NCBI GenBank assembly: GCA_963737155.1
Contig: CAVTRN010000001.1
Coordinates: 1,664,001 to 1,728,000 of the forward strand
DNA: 64,000 nucleotides
Source of the DNA: Nitrospirota bacterium
GTDB lineage: Bacteria; Nitrospirota; UBA9217
Reading direction: 5' to 3'
A program made the translations under genes and the position numbers. Positions 51,708-61,418 of this stretch are shown in pieces. Positions within the stretch are counted from its first letter, which is position 1. Every line of letters begins with the position of its first letter. Below the pieces are notes generated by a model. That model was given only the letters and a program-made list of their open reading frames with translations, made no database searches and was not told where the DNA came from.

Positions 51708-52169
51708 ATGAATGATATTTCAATAAAAATCAAAAAGGCACAAGAGCTGGCAGGATATTTCCAGCTTTTCAGGGAAAGACTTCGCGTAGCGGAAAAGAGC
51801 AATCCAGCCACCTGCGAGGTTTTGAACTTACAGGAGGCGTACACCCTTCTGAGCGTGGGCACGAGAGGGGCGATGACAATGAGTGAGATCGCTAAAGTGC
51901 TTAATCTATCCCTAAGCAGCGCGACCAGCATTGTCGACAAATTGGAAAGCAAGAATTTTGTCCGCCGTGACCGTTCGAGCGAGGATCGCCGGATCGTCCG
52001 CGCGGAGCTTACAAAAGAAGGGACCAGGTTTTATGAACTCGTTAAAGAAGGCCAATTACAGTTGGCGAACGACGCCCTAAGTACGCTGAATTCTCGGGAA
52101 CAGAATCTATTACTCGAACTTTTCCGTAAAATCACGACAAAGTTCAGAGCCGACATGGGATTGCAGTAA
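51708..52169 (+). CDS. MarR family transcriptional regulator
   Basis: TMSEIAKVL.LSLSSATSIVDKLE....VRR..S.EDRRIV...LT.EG; TTGACC-17-TATATT promoter at 51656-51684. Confidence 0.93.
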   Translation: MNDISIKIKKAQELAGYFQLFRERLRVAEKSNPATCEVLNLQEAYTLLSVGTRGAMTMSEIAKVLNLSLSSATSIVDKLESKNFVRRDRSSEDRRIVRAELTKEGTRFYELVKEGQLQLANDALSTLNSREQNLLLELFRKITTKFRADMGLQ

Positions 52170-52500
52170 ATTTTTGGATCTTTCGTCTAAAAGTTGAAAC
52201 ATAGCATTTAAGCAAAAAAAGACATCGGATTAACCAATTCTGATAAAGTAGTACACTTGAAGTTCCTTTCTCAAATTTTGGATAGTCGGACATGCTGTGG
52301 AGGAAAACAGTCTCGTTTTGGTGCTGCTATCATCACATACATGGGATAATGGAGACGCTATGCTAATGATGCGAAAATTAAGGGAAAAATCGCGTAAAAT
52401 TTATTACATTCTTTATTTATTCAGCACGTTGGTTTTCCTTTCACTGTTTATTTATTACGGATTCAGGGGAAAATGAGCAATTCGGCTGAGCATCTTGCTC

Positions 52501-52758
52501 TCAGAAGTCTATTTTCGTTGTAGCGTGCTTGGTCCCTTTGCTGCAGTGTCCATCCATGACCTCGAATAACAGGGATGCATTTCTGGCATCCTGCTGATCC
52601 AACCTGTCAAAACCCAGTTCATAGATGAGGCGGATGTCGTCTGCGATATACTGCTTAAGCCGTTTATGAAGGCTATCAACAATCTGGCCGGCCTTAAGTG
52701 AGCATGCCGGCGGTAGTAGCTTGTTGTTGCATCGGGAGAGTTGCTGGCAGAAAAGCAT
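52501..52758 (-). pseudogene. IS21-family IstB ATPase fragment
   Basis: LKQYIADDIRLIYELGFDRL..LLFEVMDG....TTKIDF resembles the IstB Walker B region. Confidence 0.65.
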
Positions 52759-52894
52759 GGCTTTGGCTGGCCCAATAGTTCGAGCTCATGTCCGAGGGCG
52801 TTATCATCATGTCATGGTTTTGACAACATGGAATTTCTGCTATAATAAAGTGACACTTGAGCAGATGAATAGTTTTATTCACAAACCATTAAAA

Positions 52895-53323
52895 ATGGCA
52901 AGCTTAGCTAAAATATTCTTTAAACTGTCGACCCTTTTATGCCTCATTGTGGCGCTTGCGGGCTGCACTATGATGGGTTTGGCCGTCCCGGCAGCAGTAA
53001 GCGGCTGTACGGTCGGTATTGACTATACATTTACGAACATCGCCTTCAAGACCATCTGTTACCCTGTTGCCAATGTCGAGGCCGGGCTCGACAAGGTGCT
53101 TAAAAAGATGGACATAAAAGAAACGAAGCACAATACAGAGGATAATAAGGTTCACATTTCGGCGGTCACAGACAAACTTGATATTTACATCGACCTTGAG
53201 AAGGTAACGCCGACCGTGACGAGCATCCAAGTTAACGCTAAAAAGGGGATCTTCTTAAAGGACAAAGCCACGGCGACAGAAATTATAGTGCAGACCGAGA
53301 AGTACCTTGAAGTGAAAAAGTGA
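52895..53323 (+). CDS. DUF3568-like lipoprotein
   Basis: LAGC lipobox; GIDYTFTNIA.KT, I.LE.VTP.VT.I.V.A..G....DKATATEII. Confidence 0.75.
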   Translation: MASLAKIFFKLSTLLCLIVALAGCTMMGLAVPAAVSGCTVGIDYTFTNIAFKTICYPVANVEAGLDKVLKKMDIKETKHNTEDNKVHISAVTDKLDIYIDLEKVTPTVTSIQVNAKKGIFLKDKATATEIIVQTEKYLEVKK

Positions 53324-53520
53324 GGAACCCGCATTAAGAACTCCCGCGGCCTTGTTAACCATCATAATTCCTCTTTGTTTCTATTGTCCCCATGAAGGTT
53401 TATGTGCATTTTCCTCCCTCAATTGCGTCAGGATTCCCAAAAGCCTCAACCACTGATTGCTATGATTCATAACCGCTTGCAATATCCTGAAAACATAGCA
53501 TTTAATTACAAACCGCTATG

Positions 53521-55103
53521 GAGCTTGTTGCTCAAATGCCAGCGTAGCCGTTTATGATCGCCCATATGGGATAGTGCCAGACTGCAAATGGGGTATCTCT
53601 GCGAAGCACACGGCATGAATCAGCTGTCGTTTTCGTTCTTTATACTGCCATCTGGGCCGCAATCCCTTTGCCGCTTCGCCAAAGCTTCAAGAGATTGTGC
53701 GTCGTGCAGATGAGTTTCCATTCCTGGGAGCAGGCTTCAATCCCTCGGCGCATGTAGTGCCGGATGCCGCGATTGTCTTTAATCTGGCCAAAGATCGGTT
53801 CGACGGTCTGGCCTCGTTTCTTATAAAGCTCTCTGCCCCGCTTGGTCAGGAGCTTCCTCTCCATCCTCTGCCGGAGTGTCAGGCTTTTTGGTATCCTCCC
53901 TTGGGGCGGGGATGATGCGGCGGCCTCTTTACGTTGCTTCCAGTCTTTTTTGGTTGCGATAAGATGTTCGGGACCGTCGGGAGTGATGGCCGCAAAGTTC
54001 TTCTCACTTGCGTAGCCGGCATCGCTCAGAGATATTTCGATCTTCAGTTCTTTTTGCAGGGCGATCTCGTTTAAGCTCTCCTGGGCCTTCTGGATCATGG
54101 GATGCAGCTGGTTGATGTCGTTTTCCTGGTTCGTGACCTCGGCGGCGATGATGATCTGCTCCTTGGTGACCACGGCCTGGCTGTTGTAGCCCTGAACATA
54201 TCCGCTTCGGGTTTTCATGATCCTGCTGTCCGGATCAGTCATATTGGCCTTCGCTTCCGACGATGGCGTCGGATCAGGCTCCTGAGGTTTGCGGCCCCGT
54301 TTCTTGTTGCCGGTTTCAGCCTCTTGGGCCTGTCGTTCTTCGATCTTTGACTGTTGCTCGGCTGCTGCCTCTGCAGCCTGTTCTTCCAACCGCTTCTTGC
54401 ACGCGGCAAGGCGGGCTCTGCGGCTGGTCCGGTCGGCAAGTTCATCAGGAAGTTCATCGCCGCGTTTGTTTTGGCCGTACTGCCGGTCTTCCTCGGTGTC
54501 CTTGGCCTCCGCTTCATCGAGCATCCTCTTCACTTCCTGCTCGATATGTTCGTACGTGCGGTTGGCTTCCAGGGCTGCGTTAACCTTTATCTTGCTCCTG
54601 TCAAGGGCCACGATGCCGACTTTGACGAGCCCGGCTTCCTTGCAGAGCTTGAGCATCTGTTTGAACAGCCCCTCCAGTGCCTGGCCGTTGTCCTTCCGAA
54701 ATCGGCTGATGGTGCAGTGGTCCGGAACTTGGTTGGCGGCAATTACCTTGAATCCGATGTCCCGTTCGCAAAGCTTCTCGATCTCACGGGATGATCGGAT
54801 ACCGAGGCTGTAGGCATATAACAGCAGGAAGACCATCATTGACGGCTCAAAAGCTGCCTGGCCTTTTCCGTCCTGGCGGTATTTTCGGTAGAATGCCGTA
54901 AGATCCATTTCTGCCACGACGTCAAGGACCATCCAAACAAGGTCCTTGGATGGCAGCCACTCCTGCAAGGTGGGCGGCATGAGATATACTTGATCTCGGT
55001 TACAGTCTTTGAAATTGTAGGCCATCCAGCGTCTCCTTATATGCGTGATGACCAATACTATACTATTCGTATATTAATGTCAAATGATTTATGCAACAGG
55101 CTC
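53521..55103 (-). mobile_element. IS1182-family insertion sequence, copy 2 (1583 bp, inverted)
   Basis: Same IRs as copy 1; 4-bp TSD TATG at 53517-53520 and 55104-55107. Confidence 0.95.
53640..55025 (-). CDS. IS1182-family transposase
   Basis: Near-identical to 5555-6940, with a few substitutions such as ALDRSKIKVN. Confidence 0.95.
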   Translation of the reverse strand: MAYNFKDCNRDQVYLMPPTLQEWLPSKDLVWMVLDVVAEMDLTAFYRKYRQDGKGQAAFEPSMMVFLLLYAYSLGIRSSREIEKLCERDIGFKVIAANQVPDHCTISRFRKDNGQALEGLFKQMLKLCKEAGLVKVGIVALDRSKIKVNAALEANRTYEHIEQEVKRMLDEAEAKDTEEDRQYGQNKRGDELPDELADRTSRRARLAACKKRLEEQAAEAAAEQQSKIEERQAQEAETGNKKRGRKPQEPDPTPSSEAKANMTDPDSRIMKTRSGYVQGYNSQAVVTKEQIIIAAEVTNQENDINQLHPMIQKAQESLNEIALQKELKIEISLSDAGYASEKNFAAITPDGPEHLIATKKDWKQRKEAAASSPPQGRIPKSLTLRQRMERKLLTKRGRELYKKRGQTVEPIFGQIKDNRGIRHYMRRGIEACSQEWKLICTTHNLLKLWRSGKGIAAQMAV

Positions 55104-55330
55104 TATGATGGTGCTCAAATAACGCTACTGCTGGTTAATGTAGTGGATTATCTCCCTGATTCTCCCAAATTCAGTTGTTTGGTTATCGGGATCGTTCACG
55201 GCACCTTTTCAAGTAAACTACTATTAGACATAATGGTTGACAGTTAAAGAAAAGTGACCTGCCCCTTGCAACGTGGGTTATAATTGAGAACCCGTTCTCA
55301 AATACAGAGCCACAACCAAGGAGGCAGGTC

Positions 55331-56440
55331 ATGAAACATTTTATCACATTCGTCGGACTTGATGTACACAAAGATACCATTGATGTTGCGCTAGCCGAAT
55401 CAGGTGACGACAAGGAAGTCCGCCATTACGGAAAAATCGACGGAGACCTTGCGGCATTAGATAAAGCCATCAGGAAGCTCCTGAGTAAAGGCGCGAACCT
55501 TCACTTTGTCTATGAAGCCGGTCCCTGCGGCTATGATATTTATCGTCATCTGACAAAGCAGGGATTTTCGTGCGTCGTGGTAGCCCCCTCCCTGATACCG
55601 AAAAAGAGCGGAGATCGGGTCAAGACTGATCGACGTGATGCAATGAGCCTTGCCCGTTTGTACCGTTCCGGAGAACTGACAGCAGTTTATGTTCCCCGCG
55701 AGGACGACGAGGCCGTGAGGGATTTAAGCCGTGCGCGAGAGGATGCCGTCAACGCATCACGCGTCGCCCGTCAGCGGCTCGCGGCTATGCTTCTGCGGTT
55801 GGGGTACCGGTACAGCAAAACGCTGTGGAGCACAGCCCATTTTAACTGGCTGTCCACGATCAAGATGCCGCATCCGGCGCAGCAGATCGCGTTTCAAGAA
55901 TATATCCATGCTATCAGGGAATGCAGCGATCGGGTGAACCGCCTGACTGACCAGATACAAAAACTGATTCCGGACTGGAGGCTGGCGCCGGTGGTCAAGG
56001 CCCTGCAATCGCTTCGAGGGGTGTCACTCATGGTCGCCACAACCACGGTAGCCGAGATCGGCGACTTGAGTCGCTTTGCAAATCCGCGCCAGCTTATGGC
56101 ATATCTGGGGTTAGTGCCGTCCGAGCAATCCAGCGGGAAGAAGGAAAAGCGAGGCGGCATCACTAAAACCGGTAATGGGCACGTCAGGCGCGCCCTTGTG
56201 GAGGCAGCGCAAGCATATCATCACCAAGCGCGGGTTAGCAGGATACTGCTTGCACGGCAAGAAGACCTGCCAGATAGCATCCGCAAGATCTCTTGGAAAG
56301 CCCAGGTGAGGCTGTGCGGACGCTTCCGTAAACTGACCGGCCGAGGGAAAACCAGGAACAAGGTCGTGACCGCGATCGCCCGGGAGCTATCCGCCTTCAT
56401 GTGGGCTATTGCGAAGGAAGTGCCGATCCAGTACGCATAA
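55331..56440 (+). CDS. IS110/IS1111 DEDD recombinase, intact
   Basis: VGLDVHKD, YEAGP, KTDRRDA, GLVPSEQSSG (catalytic Ser), GGITKTGN, AIARELS. Confidence 0.96.
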   Translation: MKHFITFVGLDVHKDTIDVALAESGDDKEVRHYGKIDGDLAALDKAIRKLLSKGANLHFVYEAGPCGYDIYRHLTKQGFSCVVVAPSLIPKKSGDRVKTDRRDAMSLARLYRSGELTAVYVPREDDEAVRDLSRAREDAVNASRVARQRLAAMLLRLGYRYSKTLWSTAHFNWLSTIKMPHPAQQIAFQEYIHAIRECSDRVNRLTDQIQKLIPDWRLAPVVKALQSLRGVSLMVATTTVAEIGDLSRFANPRQLMAYLGLVPSEQSSGKKEKRGGITKTGNGHVRRALVEAAQAYHHQARVSRILLARQEDLPDSIRKISWKAQVRLCGRFRKLTGRGKTRNKVVTAIARELSAFMWAIAKEVPIQYA

Positions 56441-56500
56441 GCATGTTATCAAAGAGCTGAAGACCATAAAGGAGACCATAGACAGCAACTACAAAAAAAT

Positions 56501-56694
56501 ATCCAAGGCAGAAGCAGGGACGCGGTCGCGTTTAAGGGAGAACCCTCGAACCTACTATGGAATAAGGCAATGCCGAACTTCCGCTACTAGACCGAGGAAG
56601 CTCCCCGGCGAAAACAAGTCATGCGGTCAAACCCGCGCATATCAGAGTGATCAAACGTCGAACAACAGGCCCCGTCTCTGGTTGTGCCTTGGAT
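56501..56694 (+). ncRNA. Predicted seekRNA/bridge RNA of the IS1111-type element
   Basis: Closing stem ATCCAAGGCA/TGCCTTGGAT; internal-loop guides ACCTACTA and CTACTAG match the target; CATATCAGA matches the donor junction. Confidence 0.75.
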
Positions 56695-56962
56695 CAATAA
56701 TGAATACGTGAACCTTTAAAACAAGGGACAGGGAAACTATTTTCTCCTTGACAACTGTCAACCATATCAGTAGGTGGCAGTAAGAATTGCGCTGTCGACA
56801 GGGGTCATGACCTCTTTTGCAATTCATCGATGCTTGGGGAATCCTGTAAGGACCGCAATAAATTACTTAACTGTTTTTAAATCGTGGCTTTTTGCCATGG
56901 TGCTCAGACCGTTCCGGAGAACAAAGCGGCTTCAACACGAGGGACTCTGATGGCCAGTAGTA

Positions 56963-57946
56963 TTATGTGCTATTTTCAAAAAAAACGTTGGCCAGTTCTC
57001 TTGCTTCAGCCACACTCTTGCTGGTCTGGACTTTTGATGCCAGGTGGTGCCCGAATTTATAGTTTTGGGCAAAAAAATGGGTGTATTCCTTAAGTCTGCC
57101 AAGCCGATACTCAGGCCGGAAAAGCTCACTTAAGAGATCGACATAGTTGCCATAAACCGTGGGTAAAGACACCGTCGGCTGCGTAATTTTGCAGCCTAGG
57201 AGATCTCGTGCGATTTCGGCAAACAGCCAGGGTTTAATTGCTGCGCCGCGGCCGAGCATCAGTCCCTCAGCGCCAGAGACGCGCAGACAATTTTTCGCAT
57301 CCTCGACAGAGAATATTCCGCCATTAGCGATAACGGGAATTTTGAGCCATTCTTTTACTTTGGCAATACACTCCCACCGCGGCCTTCTGGCAAATGACTC
57401 ATTTTTAAGCCGGGCGTGAATTGAGAGCATATCAATGCCTTCGTCCTCAAGCATGGTGCAGAAGGTTTTTAATTTTTCTTCGTTCAGTTCGACGCCGATT
57501 CGGATTTTTGCCGTAAGGGGCAATGGTGTAAGTTTTCTTGCCTCAGCTACCAGGCAACGGACATGCTGCGGCTGTTCCATCAGTCTGATGCCTGCGCCGA
57601 TCTTGCCGACAGCGGGGGCCGGGCAGCCCATATTCAAGTCAATCACATCGGCTTTGAGTTTATGGAGAGCCTCTATGGCCGGGGCCATTTCCTGAGTTGT
57701 GGAAATCAAGAGCTGATAGGAAAGCGGTTTTTCTGAACTAGTCCTGATCAGGAACGGGGATACTCGAGCGCTTTCCGTGGGCAACCTTTTTGCCGAAAGC
57801 ATTTCCGTAGACAAAAGGCCGATTCCGCCAAAGCCGATAACAATCTGCCGAAGCGCGCTGTGGGTAAGGCCCGCCATGGGTGCCATAAGCAGGGGCGGAT
57901 TGATCTGAAGATTCCGAACGTGAATTTGTTGCAGTAATGTTTGCAT
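56963..57946 (-). CDS. tRNA-dihydrouridine synthase family protein
   Basis: MAPMAGLT, IDLNMGCPA, TAKIRIG, IHAR, IANGGI, LMLGRG. Confidence 0.93.
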   Translation of the reverse strand: MQTLLQQIHVRNLQINPPLLMAPMAGLTHSALRQIVIGFGGIGLLSTEMLSAKRLPTESARVSPFLIRTSSEKPLSYQLLISTTQEMAPAIEALHKLKADVIDLNMGCPAPAVGKIGAGIRLMEQPQHVRCLVAEARKLTPLPLTAKIRIGVELNEEKLKTFCTMLEDEGIDMLSIHARLKNESFARRPRWECIAKVKEWLKIPVIANGGIFSVEDAKNCLRVSGAEGLMLGRGAAIKPWLFAEIARDLLGCKITQPTVSLPTVYGNYVDLLSELFRPEYRLGRLKEYTHFFAQNYKFGHHLASKVQTSKSVAEARELANVFFENST

Positions 57947-58707
57947 TTAACCCTTTCCGTATAAGGTTTTTTATTCAAGGCAGTTTACTACATGGGCTCT
58001 AGATACCGGAAACTATCTCTTTTCAAAATATGATAAATATTATACACTGTACCTTCATGAACCAATATTCACAACAAAAATAATTCTCACAAGTAAAGCA
58101 GAACCATAAAGAAACCCGGTGTTTCCACGTTGTTGTCGATGAAACGAATCGCAACGCGTGCGTTGTTGACATTTTTCCATTTTTCGGGGCCTGCGTTGCC
58201 GGAGCGAATGTGATTGCAAAGAACACCAAACCTCCGCTCGCAACATAATCGAATATGGCCATACCCTCTAGACGGGTTATGTCGAAAACAACTATCTCGA
58301 TGGAAAGCTGATGGATAGGCCCTCAACAAATCCTTTATTATGAACGACGTAAAGATCGGGAAGCATTACCGCATTGCTCAGGCGGATAGATAGGATACTA
58401 CGGTACACATTGATCATTAATTTCGATACAGGCAGTATCTATTTTCTACGGCGCGGAATTTACCCCAGCATCAAAAAGTCCACCCGTTACTCTTCCATGG
58501 CCCCACGAAGATGCAAAACGGGATATCCAGAAAGCCGTCTATTACGTCTATAATTCCGGGACGCCGGGCAAAGACATGTTAGTAGGGGATTATAATGTAG
58601 AAGTATTCAATTTCAAAAAAACAAGGATTATACGGCGCGCTACTACTAAGGATGTCCTCAACTATTAAGGATGCAAAAGTGCGACGGAGGATTGGTTTTC
58701 TTTCGGC

Positions 58708-59919
58708 ATGAAGATGAAAAAATATATTTTGGCTGGCCTTCTCCTGCTGGGTCTAGCTGCCTGTGTGCGGCCGCCTCTGATCGTTACGAAGCCCGAGGAA
58801 GCACTCTTACCTGTTTCGAGCAGCCAGCTTCCCACGCTGCGGGATGACTTGGACTTCCGGAACCTGGCCGCTTCCGTGCGCTTGAGCCTGGACTATTACA
58901 CCAAGCTCCCTCCTCAGACTCCCATTGTCCTCGGAAGGGATCGCATTACGGCCCTCGACATGGTAGCAACGCTCCACGAGTTTCTCCTGATCATCGAGAA
59001 CAATTCCCTTACTACTGTCCAGAAATTTGATCAAATCAGGGACTCATTTTTATTTTATCGTGCGACCGGATCCAATGGCGGCGGCAGGATGCTGTTCACG
59101 GGATATTATGAACCGACGCTCTCCTGCCGTCCGACAGCTGACGAGACCTTTCGCTATCCGCTTTACCGCAAACCCGATGATATGATCGAAATTGATCTGA
59201 GTCAGTTCGGCGAAGGGTTTCCTTACAACAAAATATTCGGAAGGCTGGACGGGGGAAAAGTAATTCCTTACTATTCTCGTGAGGACATCGACCAGAAGAA
59301 GAAGCTTGCCGGTAAAGGCCTCGAAATTCTCTGGTGCTCAGACAATATCGATATCTATGTTCTCCAGATCCAGGGCTCAGGAAAAGCTGATCTCGGAAAT
59401 GGCACCATTCTGAGCGTTCTCTATGGCGGCTCGAACGGCAGGCCCTACAAGAGCATCGGGAAATATCTCATAGACTCCGGAGCCATCATGAAGGAAAAAA
59501 TGTCCATGCAGGCAATCCGCGAGTACCTGCGCTCCCACTTGGACCAGATCGCGGGAGTGCTGGATCATAATCCGAGTTATGTATTCTTCCGGCTCGACAC
59601 TGGTCCACCGCTCGGGAGCATCGGCGTGGCTCTCACGCCGTGGAGGTCCATTGCCACAGACAGTAACCTGTTTCCTAAAGGCGCCCTAGGAATCATCTCG
59701 TCTCAGAAGCCGGTGATCGAGAATGGAAGGATCAAATCCTGGGTCCCCTTTACTCGATTTGTGCTGAATCAGGACACGGGTGGAGCAATCAAGGGAGGGG
59801 GCAGGGTGGATTTGTTTTGCGGCCAGGGTCCTGAAGCTGAACTAACGGCCGGGAATCTCCAGCATGATGGCGAGCTGTATTTCCTGGTGAAAAGCAAAGC
59901 GGGCAACAAGAAGGAATAA
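58708..59919 (+). CDS. mltA: Membrane-bound lytic murein transglycosylase A
   Basis: LAAC lipobox, FTGYYEP, IQGSG, NPSYVFF, QDTGGAIKG.GRVDLF.G. Confidence 0.95.
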   Translation: MKMKKYILAGLLLLGLAACVRPPLIVTKPEEALLPVSSSQLPTLRDDLDFRNLAASVRLSLDYYTKLPPQTPIVLGRDRITALDMVATLHEFLLIIENNSLTTVQKFDQIRDSFLFYRATGSNGGGRMLFTGYYEPTLSCRPTADETFRYPLYRKPDDMIEIDLSQFGEGFPYNKIFGRLDGGKVIPYYSREDIDQKKKLAGKGLEILWCSDNIDIYVLQIQGSGKADLGNGTILSVLYGGSNGRPYKSIGKYLIDSGAIMKEKMSMQAIREYLRSHLDQIAGVLDHNPSYVFFRLDTGPPLGSIGVALTPWRSIATDSNLFPKGALGIISSQKPVIENGRIKSWVPFTRFVLNQDTGGAIKGGGRVDLFCGQGPEAELTAGNLQHDGELYFLVKSKAGNKKE

Positions 59920-60827
59920 TCGGCAGCAGGCATAGCTGATTACGGATACAGCGCCAGAGGAAGAATGCCGGGGAATTTTCCTGCCCTCTCTTGGAACTCT
60001 TGGTAGTGGCTTTCGTCTGCTCTCCTGTCCCGGGAGCTTGGTAAACTTTGCATAACACTGCTCCCCCTCCGACAATGCTCCTTTGTAACCGTTTCGTTTC
60101 CTCTTCCCGATCCAGTCCAACTCGCTAACTAGACATGCTCGCAATGCTCGTAGGCATAATCACATCGGTTTTGCGGCCAGTGTCGAGACAACAGACTGTC
60201 AGTCAGCGGCAGATCTTTGTATTGGCCTGGTCGGCGAGGTACATGCGTTTGTGAACCGCCAGATGAGCCCCGTCATTCAATGCCAGAGTGGCAATAGCTC
60301 CGGATTCAATGGTGGCAGATATTAAACGACAGCGACAGGGGCGCGTTAGCCGTGGTTCACAGGCTACTGGCATCTTCGCGGAGAGAGGTAAAAAACAGAT
60401 GGGGGTTTCAGTCTTCGCAGTCGTGGCTGTTCCACGGAAAAGGGTTGCCGATTCTGAGGGCGTATTCCGAAGCAAGCGTGTTTTTCTTTAGTCGGTTTTC
60501 ACATGGATGAGAATGCTCTGCTTCTTTTCCCAGACCTAAGGCTTTGCTATTAGTAGCTCTCGCCCGAGCAACTGGGGCGGTCCAGGGATGTAAAAAATTA
60601 GCGGGATTCGCATGACCCTCCTGTTTGATGCTGCTCTGCTGTTTTGAATATAATTTAATCTGGTGCGATTAAAGATGTACAGACCGGAGAAATCTGCATG
60701 AAGTACAAAAAACCCGTTTCCTTTGAGGTCGAGGAGGGAAATCGGGAAATTACGGAAGCGGGGGAAAATGCGGTGATTTAAAGTTTGTGGTGAGGAAGCA
60801 AGGGCGGGGGCGGCGAGACAGTACTCG

Positions 60828-61418
60828 CTAGGTCTGTTGGTAGCTCTTGAGGATCGCGGCATAGTCTTCCGGGGTGTCCATGTCGAGGACAACTCCTTTA
60901 TCCCGGACCGGAACGATTTTGACCCGGGCTGGGTCTTTTCGCACTATATTACGAAGCGTGATGCCGGCGAATATTTCATCGATGATGGACCGGGGAAAGA
61001 GGCTCGGGTGGCCACGCCCGTTGTCAAAGGAGGGGATGATGATCGAGTCCGGTGAAGCGCGGTGTTCACTGATGATAACTCTGATCGTCTGGGGGAGAAC
61101 GAGAGGATGATCTGAAGGAAAAACGAGGACTGCTGATGAGGGACTGAGTCGCGCCAGCCCCGCACGTATAGATTCAGCCATATCGCTATTTGGATTGTCG
61201 TTAATGGCGATGGACAGGGGAAGGTTCATCAGGGCTTGCGAGATCCTGTTCTCCTCCTTGCCCACGACAACTACAATATCAGTGATTCCCGCGGCGAAGA
61301 TCGCATCAAGACAATGCCTGATGACGGGTTTATCACCGAGCTGGAGAAGTTGCTTTGTCCGGCCCATCCTGCGGGACGAGCCTGCCGCAAGCAGCACGGC
61401 CCAGACGGGCAGCTCCAT
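60828..61418 (-). CDS. mocA: Molybdenum cofactor cytidylyltransferase (MocA-like)
   Basis: LLAAGSSRRMG..KQLL, GHP.LF, DMDTPEDY; in Xdh-family cluster. Confidence 0.85.
   Translation of the reverse strand: MELPVWAVLLAAGSSRRMGRTKQLLQLGDKPVIRHCLDAIFAAGITDIVVVVGKEENRISQALMNLPLSIAINDNPNSDMAESIRAGLARLSPSSAVLVFPSDHPLVLPQTIRVIISEHRASPDSIIIPSFDNGRGHPSLFPRSIIDEIFAGITLRNIVRKDPARVKIVPVRDKGVVLDMDTPEDYAAILKSYQQT

Larger units (their letters stand above)
55226..56770 (+). mobile_element. IS110-family, IS1111-type element
   Basis: Perfect 13-bp subterminal IRs ATGGTTGACAGTT (55233-55245) / AACTGTCAACCAT (56753-56765); AG core at both ends; long downstream non-coding region. Confidence 0.9.

Noticed and set aside
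5477-55103. Single composite transposon formed by the two IS1182 copies
   Set aside because: Each copy has its own distinct TSD, showing independent insertions
60203-60491. Short ORFs between mltA and mocA
   Set aside because: No motif or translation signals I can support
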